This document shows, piece after piece, positions 1-13,582 of a stretch of 64,000 nt of DNA. Made by a program: the position numbers and the translations under genes. Where the stretch lies: positions 18,352,001-18,416,000 of the forward strand of contig CM069165.1 of assembly GCA_035221665.1 (NCBI GenBank), written 5' to 3'. Within the stretch, counting starts at the first letter, position 1. Each line of letters opens with the position of its first letter. The notes beneath the pieces were generated by a model. That model was not told the DNA's origin. It did not search any database and saw only the letters and a list, made by a program, of their open reading frames with translations. Source of the stretch: Okamejei kenojei. Taxonomy: Eukaryota.

Positions 1-608
1 TGGAGAAGTTAATTGGAAACAAGGTGAAATACTTTCTAGTCTGTGGACATAACTTACACAAAGTAAGGCGATTGCACAACAATTTGTACAATCATCTCAG
101 CCCAATGATATTGCTACTTATTCGTCTGAAGGATGGCAGATCCAACTATTTTCAGCTGTATTTATTTTTTTTTCTGATTTATTATTTCCATCATAAGATC
201 ACAATTTGAAATAATTAGCTGATGGTCATATTATGTTGAATTCTATTTGTAAAGCAGCAGCTCATACCTGTAAGCTGTAAAACCTGGACTAAATGTGCAG
301 TCAGAACCTAGGCGTCCAGAATAATAACCTCCCAACTTCTGAAAGCATTTCCACCATCTACAAGGAAAGTCTGAATGTGTTAGAGAATTCTTCACCTACA
401 TGAGAAAGTGTAAAACTGGTCACACTAAAGAAGCCAAACATCATCCAAGACAAGGCAATCCACTTCAAAACAATTAAAATATCTCTACTTTGCACTGTCA
501 AACCACTGTGGCTGCAATATCTACACTTACAATAACTCAGACTTGAATCATAAAAACATGCGCCAAAACATTCAAGTCTTGTATACTGTCTCAGTGTACT
601 AATCCCAA

Positions 609-1248
609 TTCATAGCAAAAGGATTTGAGTATAGGAGCAGGGAGCTTCTACTTCAGTTGTACAGGGTCTTGGTGAGACCACACCTGGAGTATCGCGTACA
701 GCTTAGGTCTCCAAATCTGAGGAAGGACATTATTGCCATAGAGGGAGTGCAGAGAAGGTTCACCAGACTGATTCCTGGGATGTCAGGACTGTCTTATGAA
801 GAAAGACTGGATAGACTCGGTTTATACTCTCTAGAATTTAGGAGATTGAGAGGGGATCTTATAGGAACTTACAAAATTCTTAAGGGGTTGGACAGGCTAG
901 ATGCAGGAAGATTGTTCCCGATGTTGGTGAAGTCCAGGACAAGGGGTCACAACTTAAGGACAAGGGGGAAATTCTTTAAGACCGAGATGAGAAAGACTTT
1001 TTTCACACAGAGAGTGTTGAGTCTCTGGAACTCTCTGCCACAGAGGGTAGTTGAGGCCAATTCATTGGCTATATTTAAGAGGGAGTTAGATGTGGCCCTT
1101 GTGGCTAAGGGGTCAGAGGGTATGGAGAGAAAACAGGTATGGGATACCGAGTTGGATGATCAGCCATGATCATATTGAATGGCGGTGCAGGCTCGAAGGG
1201 CCGAATGGCCTACTCCTGCACCTAATTTCTATGTTTCTATGTTTCTAT
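609..1248 (+). mobile_element. CR1 LINE 3' fragment (ORF2 C-terminus and 3' tail)
   Basis: ORF 657-1169 YRVLVRPHLEY...RRLRGDLI...TRGHNL...FFTQRV; 3' UTR gggccgaatggcctactcctg and (TTTCTATG)n tail. Confidence 0.92.
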
Positions 1249-2308
1249 ACATTTGCACTTAACTAAGATTGCGCTTATGTGTAGTAATACTGTTACTAAA
1301 CGGTATGCAAAAAAGTAACAGTCTCAAAATAGAACTGCTCGGAACTAATAGGGAAAGGAATTTCGTCATCTAGAATATGTAAATTCTTTGAAATTCTTGA
1401 CTGAAAAATAGCTGTGGAGACTCAGTGACTGAATACATCAATGTGGAGATTAATACATTTTTGGATACTAGGGGATTTGAGTATGATTAAAACTTAAGAG
1501 TGGTACAAGACAAATGATCAACAATAAAAATATTAACTGGTGATGACAGGCATAACCTAATGTTCTAATCAGCATACCTTTAAGACTGTTGCATACCTTG
1601 TGTTGACTGCAACTCTCCTCTATACTCTCCTCTTACATCACCAAACATGTGAGTTTATAATTGGCATCTGCTGATGATTTGTAAGTTTTTCACATCTTCA
1701 GATCTCGTATACAATAATGGATTATTCTCCTGTCTATTCCTCATATGTATTCAAAAAGGAGTAAAAAATGAAAAGTGAAGGGAGAGTTTGGAAAAATGAA
1801 TCTAATAGTTCAATTTTACACTCCCTTCATAATGAGAATGGAAATATTGCATGTTTGTGATATCATGTTAATCAGGTTTGAGGAAAATTCTTTATGCTCA
1901 AGTTGGCTCAGTGATAAAAAATAAGCAAAATGTAAATATTGCAATCTGATACAAATCAGTGACGTAACTTCATAAAATCTAATCGACTTCTATGATTTTT
2001 AATGCAATAACCGAATATTTATATTCTGTGGAAATTTCATTTTGTTTCATTTAATATGACAGCAGTTTTATGAAAAATGCAATGGAACTGGTCTCACAGC
2101 ACCCGAACATTCATAAATGACCACGAGGGAAGATGAGAATATGAGAAATCAGTGGTATTCTGCTACAATTTCACAAGTTAAAGGATTAGGTGTGACAGTA
2201 TGAATGCTTAAAGTTCACTGGAAGATGTGCATGTAGTTTTCCAAAACTATCTTTTAACCACTTCATTGCAGTTGATCTTGGACAGTTTAAAATATCATTT
2301 GAACGTTA

Positions 2309-2404
2309 AAGGTAGACAAAAATTCTGGAGAAACTCAGCTGGTGAGGCAGCATCTATGAGCGAAGGAAATAGGCAACGTTTCGGGTCGATACCCTTCTTC
2401 AGAC
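2309..2404 (-). mobile_element. Short Penelope-derived (pseudo-LTR tail) repeat with hammerhead core
   Basis: Minus strand reads gtCTGAAGAagggtatcgacccGAAACGTT followed by the tail shared with the GIY-YIG-coding copy at 19155-19912. Confidence 0.8.
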
Positions 2405-3382
2405 ATTAACATTGGTTAATGATTTAACATTTGAACATTGGTTTTAATCACAGAGTACAGCGAGTCGCTTTTCACAATCAGGTTTCCATTACATGACACT
2501 ATGGAAAAACTGTTTAGAAGGATTGAAAGTGCATTATATTTTAAACTTATTCAAAACTCAGAATAACAGGCTGAAGTGGTTTAAGGATAGTGGACATAAT
2601 GATGATAGCTTTCACAAGAAGAGTGTTTGACCTGCCGCTCAGTTATCCGCCTTGGTGAGGAGACTAGTTTATGTGAAATCACACTACTTGTGGAAGTGTC
2701 AATTTGTTTCAATTAATATGACTGTTAAGCTATATTTAAAAAGTTGGAGTGGCAATTTCTTAACTTTTCAATGTCCAACTTTTAATTACCGTTACTACTC
2801 AGGGAGGTGGTGGAGATATAGTTTACACACTAACGGATAGCAAAAACAAATCTTCCAGATGTCGTTTCTTGATTAATTGGTCTTTCATTGAAGTAATACA
2901 AAACATAGAAATAATTCATAACTTTTCGTTCTTACTAACTGTTTCCTCCATGTGGCATCTCCTGAACATAAACATGAACGTGATCATGGTAAAAATTGTT
3001 GTCCTCGCCATCCCTCGAGGCAAACTAAATTTTAAATCTCTGTGTCTGCGCTAGCCTCTCCAGCAGTGGACACACCTCTCTACATAGCAAATACCACCTA
3101 CCAGCGTACATACAAATAAGAACCATAAATATCTGTACATGACTATTATATACTGACTTAAGCATAAATGGCTCCTACAAAAGTAATTCATCTGGTCTTA
3201 TTTCACCATGAACCGTCACACTATGACCATAATTGAATATGAAAACATAAAACAAAAATAATTGCGGATAGTCAAAGGTTTTGTCTTGGAATCAAGTATT
3301 TCTCAGCCTTTTTTTGAAGATACATGTCTTTGGGAAAGAATGAAGAACTTGTTTCATCACACATCTTCTTGATGCGATGTAT

Positions 3383-3545
3383 CCAAGAGCAAGTTAGATG
3401 TAGCTCTTCAGGCTAACAGAATCAAGGGATATGGGGAGAAAGCAGGAACGGGGTACAGATTTTGGATGGTCAGTCATGACCAATTGCAGTGCTCGCTCGA
3501 AGGGTTGAATGGCCTACTACACCTATTTTCTTTGTTTCTATGCTT
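3383..3545 (+). mobile_element. CR1 3' UTR fragment
   Basis: Similar to the 3' end of the copy at 1080-1248. Confidence 0.75.
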
Positions 3546-3567
3546 CTCCTCACAATATTCCAAAGTA

Positions 3568-3676
3568 GGCAGCACAATGGCACAGCGAGTAGAGCTGCTG
3601 ACTCGCAGCACCAGAGACTCAGGTTCGATCCTGACCTTGGGGGTCATCAGTGTGGAGTTTGCATGTTTTCCCTGTG
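3568..3676 (+). mobile_element. Truncated HE1-type V-SINE (tRNA head)
   Basis: A-box-like tggcacagcga and B-box ggttcgatcc; similar to 40528-40826. Confidence 0.7.
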
Positions 3677-3714
3677 GCCTATCCAGACATTGGGTTCCTC
3701 CAGATGATCAGGTT

Positions 3715-4925
3715 TCCTCTATTGCCCTAAAGATGGATGTACGTATTGGGTGCCTGCAGGAAGTGGAGTTCCATGGGTAATAGAGTGGGGAACCTTGCTG
3801 TTTGGAATATATGTGATTGATTTGTATGTGGATGTAGGAGGCATGATCAGTAAGTACACTGTTAACATGAAAATTGGTGGAGTTGTTAATAGTGTGGAGG
3901 TCGCTTGAGGCAATCAATGTGCTGGTGAAATGGTCTGAGAAATGGTAAATTAAATGTATTTAATCCTAATACATGTGAGAAGATGCATTATTAGAAGGTT
4001 AATGAAGCTGGGGCATACACCATCAACAGTAGGTCAAGGGATTATTGAGGCAAACAGACCTTTGTGTACGGCCAAAGTTATGTGGAGCGCAGATAGATAA
4101 TGCAGTTTAGAAAGCATATGCAATATTCTCCTTCATATCTCGGGCTACTGAATGCAAGAGCAGGGAGATTATACTCTGATTTTGTAAATGATTGGTCAGA
4201 TCTAATTTGGAGTACTGCATGTTGTTCTGGTTACCACACCATAGCAAATATTAGATAGCGTTGGAGAGGGTGCAGAGTACATTCACCAGGATGTTACCTG
4301 TTATGGAACATTACATTTATGAGGAGAGGCTGGCTAGGTCTATGTCCCCTGGAACAGGAGGTTAAGAGGAAATATCACCGAACATAAAAAAAATAATGAG
4401 AACTCTACATTCAGTAAACTGAAGGAAATGTTCCTCCATACATGAGGTAGAATCAAATACACAGGACTAGATGTTAAGAAGTCCCTTGTGCCAGTAGGTG
4501 GGGAGCATTTCACAACATTCATTGATTACTGAGAAAAATAGATAGAATTAGAAAATAGATAAAATTAAAGGGTCTGGTGTTAATATAAGGGACATTATTT
4601 TAGGGTATGCCATAAATGATTAGTAGGTAGAAATAACCATATGCTGGTTAATACACAAATACACAAAAAAGGACGCAAAGTGCTGGAGAAACTCAGCGGG
4701 TCAAGCAGCAGCTCTAGAGAACAAGATAGGTGACGTTTCGGGTCGAGACTCTTCTTCATTCTTAAGAAGTATCTAGACAAGCGCTTGAATCCCCTCAGCA
4801 TGGAAGCCCGAATGGGATACATAGGTCAAGTGCTGTAACATGGGACTAATATGGGTGGGTATCCACTAGTTAGCATGAACATGATGGGTCAAATGACTTG
4901 CTCCCATGTTGCATGGACTATACCC
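3715..4925 (+). mobile_element. Decayed CR1 ORF2 3' half, interrupted by other inserts (~4465-4757)
   Basis: Degenerate RT and C-terminal motifs (gagtactgcatgttgttctgg, gagagggtgcagagtacattcaccaggatg); Penelope tail at ~4665-4757. Confidence 0.65.
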
Positions 4926-6399
4926 TGCAATGTCCATGTCCCTTCAGCCTCTTGTTTTCAAATGGTCTAAAAAGACGAATGAAAAATGCAAGTTCTACTG
5001 ACAGTAATTTAGTTAAAGGGTGAAAAAAGACACAAGGAATAATTGACATGTCATAATAAAACAAAGAAAAATATTTAAAGTATGGTCCCCATTTAAATGC
5101 ACAAATGTAATCATATAATCTTGTAATAGCACATTATCTTCCAACTAAAATTCATAAAATTAAAATCGTAGTTGGAAATTTGGTGTAAAAAAACAGAAAA
5201 TGCTGGGAATGCAGGCCAGTCAGCATCTGAGAAAAAAGAAACAGGGCTAATGCTTCAAGTTGGAACGCCTTCATCACAGATTCATTATTCATAATTGAAG
5301 CGAGTTTCTATCAGATAGTTACATCAAACCCAAGCAGTAACTTCAAAACAGATTTGCTTAACCATTTCTTCACTAAACAATGGAGAAGCGTCAAAATACC
5401 TGACAGCCACAGAAAACAACAATTAGATAGAGCCAGCAAATATCTTCACAATTAAATCTTCCAACACATTCCCAGGTCCGAAAACGCAACGCAATTCTAC
5501 AGGAGAAATAGGTCATTGTAACTCTATAGGAATAAATATATATTGTCAGGATTCAAGATTGAATGAAGAAAATATTAGAATAAATGGCCTAAAAATTCAA
5601 AACCAGCATGCTGGTTTTCAAGGAACTCAAGTTATCGATACATTGCTATTTCCAATATCAATGTTTTCATAAGCTAAAGAGCCAGAAGGGCACATTTTCT
5701 AATGAAACCGGACATTGTTTGAGCAAGGTACCAGACACTAGGAACTGATCTGATGGGATTTATACTTAGCATTAAGGCAAGTTCAAACAGTATTTCTCAC
5801 TTCTGCACTACAGTTAGCATACCATTCACTTTTTATTCTCACCCATGTCGCTAACAGCTGTGTTTCGGCCTCTTCATTACAACACGGGAGACCTTGCAAA
5901 TTAACCCAGACAAGCTATTCTATCCTGGCTAACGACATCAGCTTATTTCCTATGCAATGCTGATTGCCTATCAGACACACTATTAAAGCAGATACAACAT
6001 TTGAGCACAATAACATTGCCCTCCAACACCTTCATTTCAATCTGTCAGTCAGTTCTTGATCAATTGGAGCAAAATCTCTCATTTATTTCAGATCAAAACA
6101 CGATATGAAATCTGGATCTTTGATGCCACAATTAGACAGCACTTGGATTGTCGACTGACAAATGCATCTATTTTCCTTTCAGCTTGTGTACTTATTTTCC
6201 CGCATGGAGGTGATACAGAAGAGTGAAACCAATCTGCTCAACTAATGCATCCATGGAAACAGCCAATTTACCACTCCATCAAAATATCCAACTGCTTTAT
6301 TAACAGAACATCTGTGATATTGTTACCAATATCCTACCAATTACCTTTAATGCATCAAAGCATGCATTGAAATCAGTCCAAAATGTGTCCGGTTGTCTG

Positions 6400-6825
6400 C
6401 TGAGGTCAGTCATCTGAATGTCTGAAGTAGATGACTATAGGTTGAAATCACCACCCCTCCATCCCATACACCTCAAGAAATCTGAGGAAAAAAATCTCGA
6501 TAATGCTGGTGCAGTCCAAGAGGGTACAACCAGTTTTCAGTATAACTGAAATCCTGTTTACCCTCTTGGGCGGACGCATGTGATCCTATTGTACTATTTC
6601 AAAGTAGCATCACCCTCGTATCCAGACCACAGGTAGCCCCGAAGACAATGTCACCAAAATAGATTATCTGTTTATTACCTTATTGCTGTTTGTGGGTCCT
6701 TGCAAATTGGCCAATGGATTTTGTTACATCATAATAGTGATCTTCCTTTCAATACTTAATCAGTTGCATCAAACATCGTAATACCAGAGGATATCAAAGA
6801 CATTGTGGCAATTCAAATCTTTATT
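6400..6825 (+). mobile_element. Ancient DeuSINE (SacSINE1/AmnSINE1-like) relic
   Basis: Deu-domain-like text cctgtttaccctcttgggcggacg...agattatctgtttattaccttattgctgtttgtggg...caaattggcc; recalled consensus, diverged. Confidence 0.55.
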
Positions 6826-6906
6826 TTGTTTATTTCATTAATTTATATCTACATCCTCTTGCAACCATGAATTAACTTGAAACAGTGTTCTGGATTAAAC
6901 GTGTGA

Positions 6907-7121
6907 GAAGGAACTGCAGGTGCTGGTTTAAACCGTAGACACAAAAAGCTGGAGTAACTCAGCGGGTCAGACAGCATCTTTGGAAAAAAGCAATAGTTAA
7001 CATTTCGGGTCGAGACCTTGCTTTAGTCTGAAGAAGGGTCTCGACCCGAAACGTCAACTATTCTTTTCTCCAGAATTGCTGTCTGACCCACTGAGTTACA
7101 CCAGCTTTTTGTGTCTATCTT
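6907..7121. mobile_element. Fold-back pair of Penelope-derived tails
   Basis: Arms ~6936-7017 and ~7037-7117 are reverse complements; plus-strand hammerhead core at 7028-7055. Confidence 0.85.
7028..7055 (+). ncRNA. Minimal type I hammerhead ribozyme core (Penelope type)
   Basis: CTGAAGA-A-GGGTC-TC-GACCC-GAAAC-GTC: CUGANGA box, stem II, GAAA box, palindromic ACGT helix III and GUC site. Activity untested. Confidence 0.6.
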
Positions 7122-7827
7122 CTGGATTAATTCTGGTTTGTGTGTTGTAAAATACAGGGGGTTTACTTTCATTTGTCTTCTTCTGAGACTGAACCCAAGT
7201 TTGTTAACTCCCATTTATATGTCAGTCCTCTGGCATTGAAGAAGGCCATGTTATCTTTCCCTTGTGGCTCATTAATCCGAAATGAATACAATATGACAAG
7301 TGCAGCATAACCACAGCTGGACAATTTCAGGCTTCTGATTTGCTGCTACATTTGGTTTTCTTTGTTAATTATTGCTCTGCCACCACTGGCAATAGTCCAC
7401 CATTAGTCACAGATCTTTCATTGCACCTCTGAGAAATACTCAACGTCTGCATTGAATACATTTCCTTGATATGACTCTCGGCTGTAGTGATGCCGAATTC
7501 TTACTTCAGAATCCGCCGCAGAACATAATGTGTGGTCTGTACCAAATGTACAATAACTCTGGTGCAGTGTTAATCTGCTAGCTGAGGGTGGAATCTATTT
7601 GCACAGGATCACTTTATAAGGTGCATGGTAGTAATTGTAGGTTTTTAAATTTACACTGTTTTCTGAAGGTTACCCAGGCCAAGATATACATATATGTATC
7701 CCCCGCCCCCCTGATGTTGAGCGTCTACCACTCTCAGCAATCAATGAATGTCGTGAAATGCTCCCCACCTACTGGCACAAGGGACTTCTTAACATCTTGT
7801 CCTGTGTACTTGACTCTGAAAATCTGG

Positions 7828-8361
7828 ACTCGTCCAGTGACTGCTGTGAAAGGACAGCTGACAACATGGGAAAGTCCATGTGACAGCTTGGGGAGACAGC
7901 TGACAGGAGGGAACAGACCCCACTGGGGCCGTCATGGGCTAGCTACCCATGACAGCAGTCCCCAACGCTGTTTCAGCTAGTTGGAGACACCCGCTAAATG
8001 CTACAAAAAGTAAATTAAAGGAAATACCCCTAGAGCCTGCGAGAGCGGGGACGCAAGATGGCTCTCCGATTGATAACACGGTTACAGACCCAGGAACGGA
8101 AACGACCACGGACAAGGAGAGCATGGAACATGAGACATCCACAACAGCTGCGGGACACAAACTTCAGGTGTGCATCTGTGGTTGGGAGAAAAGGACATCA
8201 ATGATGGGCTTGAAGATCCACCAAGGGAGGAAAAAGTGCTTGAGAGAGCAGAGACATGGGCCTCGTATTGACCAGTACTTCTTACAAAGCAATCAGTCAA
8301 ATCAGTCGGATAAAGCACAGCGACGGGACACAAACCAAAGTTCGCAGAGCATCAGCACTGA
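7828..8361 (+). mobile_element. 5' fragment of a HERO/NeSL-like (RLE-type) non-LTR retrotransposon
   Basis: ORF 7949-8479 has a CICG...GLKIHQGRKKC zinc-finger motif typical of HERO-type N-termini; no RT follows. Confidence 0.65.
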
Positions 8362-8499
8362 TGCTCATACTCCAACTATATTGAAAGTATTTGCATTAAA
8401 CCTAGCCAAACATATGCCTACAAAATATATTGGGAAAACAGAACAGAAATTATGGAAATCCCTCAGTAGTTCAGAATAGAACAAGAAAATATGAGGGGA

Positions 8500-9960
8500 A
8501 AAAAGTGCTGGAAGAACTCTGCAGGTCAGCTTACATCTGTGGAAGGAATGGACTGAGGGTCAGGACCCTACTTCAGACAGATGGAGTGGGGGGAGAAAAC
8601 TAAAAGAGAGGTGAGGGTGGGCAAAGCCTGGCAAATTTAAACCTCCAGTTTAAATTCCATTTGGAATATTTTGGAGGACCAAGAAACCAAGAAACCAAGA
8701 ATTAGGTGATGGTGAGTCAGAAGATGGTGAAAGGTAGTGACAAAGGCTAGAGGTAAAAAGGAGACAAAAGGGTCACAGATAAGGAAAGAAGAGGAGTGTA
8801 ATGTAAAAAGGCTCCCTAGATGCTTTCCATTCCAAGAGATCCAAGGTGCCCTCCTTTTCAGCAAACATTGTTTCCACCTGCTGCTGTAGAGGAGCCTTCA
8901 GCAGTGCCTCCTGTTTCCTGCAGTTGACCAGAGGAACAAGGATGGAATTCCCCTGCTCCTCATCTTTCACCGCACCAGCCTCCACATCCAACTCTTCATT
9001 CTCTGACACCTTCAATATGATCCCACTACCGGTCACACCTTCCCGTTTCTCCTTTCTGTACAGGCTATTCAGTCTGCAATCTCTCGGTTCACTCATCCCT
9101 TCCCACACAACCTGCCCAGGCACTGTGCTCTTTAACCACAGGAGATGCCTGCAACCCCTCTCTCACTTCCGTCTAGAGGCCTTAGCAACCCTTTTAGGTG
9201 AGACAGAAGTTGACCTGCAATTCTTCCACCTTGTCTATTGCATATGGTGCTCCCAATGTAGCCTCCTCTACATTGGCGAGACCAAGTGTTGACAAGGCGA
9301 CTATTACTGTCTGCAAAGGCAGTTGCGAACCATTTCTCCCCTTCCCATTGAAATATTGACCGCTTGTCCTTGGCCTCCTCCTCTGCCAGAGTGAAGCCAT
9401 ATGCAAACTGGAGGAACCGCATCTCATCTTCTTAAAATCCAACTGCATGAACATTGAATTCTCCAATTTCAAATAATAATCCACTACAACCAAATCATGC
9501 TCCCCACCAATAGGTGTACAAATATTTCTCCCGCCACCCTGTTCAGGCTTCTCCTTTCCCCTCCTCCATACACTCATCTCCCAATCTCCCATCTCCTAGT
9601 CTCTCATTTCCATTTTATCTCTGCTCTTCCCCACCCCCATGTTCACATATATCCCTTTCTCAGGCTTCATGTTTCAATCTTATTTTCTTATCATACACAC
9701 TTTTGTTTCCTTTCCACCCATAGTCTTTGCCACTATCTCCGCTACCACCGCCCATCTGCCAGTACCTCCATCCACCTACCACTTGCCAAGATGTCCCCTA
9801 CTTCACCTCCCTTTTCCAGCTTTCTCCCCACTGCTCCATCAGTCTGAAGAAAGATCCTGACCCAAAATGTTGCCTAGGCGTTCCCTCCATAGATGTTAAC
9901 TGATTTACCTAATTCCTCCAGCACTTAGATTTTTGTTCAAGATTCCAGCATCTGCAGTCT
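8500..9960 (+). mobile_element. Penelope-like element, decayed 3' part with inverted tail at its 5' side
   Basis: Degenerate GIY-YIG (LVYCIWCSQCSLLYIGETK) near 9230-9290; tail at 9841-9960; antisense tail at ~8500-8800. Confidence 0.75.
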
Positions 9961-12900
9961 CTGTCATCAACAACCAAATGTGGTGCTGATGTAAACTCAC
10001 TGCGGTGTGAGGGCTCCATTTAAAAACAGATACTGTCAACTTGAACCAGCATTCCTTACTATATCTTTCAGTACTTGGGTTAAAGTTCTAATTAAAAGCT
10101 CTGATGAAATATATTGCATTGCAATCACTTCCACTTCACATTACCTCATATCTGCTATGCATGTCCCCAGAGCTACTGCAAATGTCTTAAAAATCGCATT
10201 AGCTTTATTTTCTCATTTTTATAACTAATTATACAGCAATTGCAGCTTCACATTACCAGAATGTAAAACACAAAATTGTTACTGGTTATTAAAGTGAAAT
10301 ATTAGGAGTTTTACATGTGGCTTCCAGTGATGCACTGAACCACAACCAAATTTCTTCTTACTAAATGACCCAAGTAATTTAAAAAATAACGACGATATTC
10401 CTCTTTGTTCCCAGATCAGCAGCAAGATGTCTCCAAGATGACTCTTCCTTCAAGTTTACAAATTAACCGACTCTATCTAATCGCAACACTCCCTTATCAG
10501 TTTTACTTGCCCAAATTACATTTTTATTTTTGGTTGCAAGTCACATAAGGTGCAAAGAAGGATGAATGCATCTGCAATAGATTTGCATGACTCTTGCCAA
10601 CCATAAAAAAGGAATTACAAGTGAAAATAAAACAGGACCAGAGATCAATTGTTTTAAATCAATTGGATCTAGCCATCTAATGCTGAAGTCCATGTAAATC
10701 AAGATGATGATTTAAGTATTAAACAACAAAAAACAATCAAAGAGAAGGAAAAAGCTTTAAACGTGTTTTTCTGATTTAGAAACATTAAGCTAAAAATGTT
10801 TGCATTTTGATTTTCTTCCTCAAAATACTTGGAAGATTTAATTATTTTGCATTAGAAATCAAGGCTCATTCCATTTAAGTTTTATTAAATGATCCTTGCC
10901 TGACATCAGTTCCTGATGTTGCAACTGTGATTGGTTTCAGGACATTGTTGTGAGATTGAAGTTGCTGCCAATAGTAATGTTGTTTTCAATCAGTAGGACT
11001 TCCAATCGTAGTGGCATTTCTTTTAGGTTTACTGAAATACTAAAACTGCATTGTTCTACACAAATCTTCCTTCCACCAAGGTCAAAGCAGCCAAGCAACA
11101 AATATGAACCTATTACTATCTGAGTTTATGTTATTGGACCCAGTAGGAGACCAGAACATGTTTCATTGGGAAGATTTTTCCATTATAAACTGGAAAGCTG
11201 GACTGCACATAATACATTTCCAACAAATGCTTGTTTTGCTTATTTTACTGCGAAAATGTTTTTATTATTTCACCAGATTCTGAGGAGAAAATATAATGGT
11301 TTGTATTGACGTATAGCTTGTTTTCTTTCCCTAAATGCAATTTTATCAGGTACATAAACAACTGGGGGAGAGCGGACATCCATATTCAATGACCCATTCA
11401 TTAGCTGCATAATCCATTTGTACAGTTACGGTGGCATGAGACGCCAGTTTTAGACAGTGCTGGGACTTGGAAACACATCAGTGGGAATATGGCTGATTCT
11501 TTGTTGCTTTTCAAAATAACTGTCTAAAGGGTTTGGATGGAAACTGAGGGGAAGGACTGGAGAAGGTTCCCAGTAGAAGAAGAATGGTAATTCCATGGGA
11601 TCACATTCGATTTAGATTCTGACCTGATAAACCTCTGCTGGCAAGTGATAACTTAAATATTGAGAGCAGCAGTAGGACTTTCATTGTCCTGCAAGCTGAG
11701 ATTGTCTTGCCTGTTCAATATCATTCCAAAACTCAATATACAACAAATGCTGGTCAATGAAATGGGTAAGATGACTAATGTGCTCTATTCGTTTCCCTGA
11801 TTCCATATTACTTATAGTATAGTAGTTGTGACTATGTTATCAGTTGAGTTAAGATTCCAGATGATAGAAATATTCGGTTTGCTTTAATGTAAGCACGATG
11901 CACATTTTTTCACAGTGCCTTTCAGAAAATTGTTGTCTTCCTTGCTCAGTCCTATTTTAACCAAGCCAGGAGTACATCTGGCAAGGGGCACTAAATGGGA
12001 AAGTGCAATACCCACTGTTTGGAATGTGAAATTGTGAATATAACATAACAATGTGACACTGAATCTCATATTTCAGCAAGGGTACACTGCCAGTACATTA
12101 TGACCTTTATCTATTAACAAGCAATGTCATTTACATACAACTGATCTCTAAATTAGCTTTGCTGTCAAATACATAGTCAAGAAAATGAGCAATTATTCAC
12201 TGCCATTTTAGCTATTATTTAATGGAAATCCACACCTCCATTACAGATTTTTGAAATATTCATGCAACGTTATTTTTTTTATATTGCAGACCTTCAGAAT
12301 AACTTAGTTTACTAAAACTGGGTTTAAGAACTTAGTTGTGCTGCATTCAGTAGGAATTTTATGGCCTTGCTTGCAATATCACTACCACTTGAGGCTCATA
12401 ATTTTATGTGTATCAATATTTTCCCAAGTATTAGGATTACAGAAACGGTTCCAAGTTTTGGCACATTTACACATGAAATCAGCTGCAGAAATCTTTAGCA
12501 ATTCGGAACAAAATGTCTCTTATCTTCTCTAAGCTGAATCCTAATGTTCTACGCCTTCCTTATGTCTGTGTAATGCTTCCTACCTTAGACTGGTGTGACA
12601 TTTTGTCCACACTAGGTTGATCTTGCTTAAAATATTTGGTTGTGCATCACTGTATATGTTGCAGAGAGAAAAGGTAAAACAAATAAGCCACTATTTCAGC
12701 GGACAGCTCCAAAAGAAATGTGAAAGCAGTAAGTATAATGAAACATTGCATTCCTATTTTGAACTATAATAACAAATTAATGATGATGCTTGCCCATATT
12801 CTGAGGTTAAAAAGGGACCTAGTGGAGATTACTCAAATGGATAAGCAGGCTTCCTAAGCTTTCTACCAAAAGTACACATCACACCCCGTTAAGATAGTGG

Positions 12901-12974
12901 GTCAGCGAATTCTACATCAACTGGAATGAGTGGTTCAAAATGGCCTTATCAGCAAACATATCTTAAAACACTGG

Positions 12975-13425
12975 TGACAAATCATCCTCTGCGATAATCC
13001 TCAACACTGGTGCCCCACAAGGATGCGTTCCCAGAGAGTTGTGTAAATTGCCCAGACCATCAGACAAACAAACTTCCCTTCCATTGACTCCATCCACACT
13101 TCATGCTGCCTCAGCAAGATCATCAGCATAATTAAGGGACCAGTATTACCCCGTCACTCTGTCTTCTCCCCTGCTCCATTAGTCAAGAAGTGCAGAATTT
13201 TGAAAATGCACACCTCCAGTTTCTTCCCAACAGTTAGCAGGCAACTGAATTGTCCTCTCACCAGCTAGAATGCAGTTCTGACCTCCCATCTACCTCACTG
13301 GAGACCTTTGAACTATCCTTACTCTGACTTTATCAGATGTTAATCTTGCACTAAATGTTCTACCCTTTATCTGTAGATTATGGATGGCTTGATTGCAAAT
13401 ATGTATAGTTTCTTTCTTTGACTGG
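12975..13425 (+). mobile_element. Rex1/Babar-type LINE fragment, internally deleted
   Basis: ctcaacactggtgccccacaaggatgcgttc (TGAPQGCV motif) joined to a Rex1-like C-terminus and 3' UTR. Confidence 0.65.
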
Positions 13426-13582
13426 AGTCACCAAATCTGTTGAAAAAACTCTCTGGGATTTACTTTGGAAGGAGGCAATCTAGTGTCAATTGTTTACTAT
13501 TTGGAGTTTTGAAGGCTTTAATGTGGAAGAGGATGCACTTCCATGCACTTCAAAAAATCAGTTCAAAAATCCATCTTGAACT

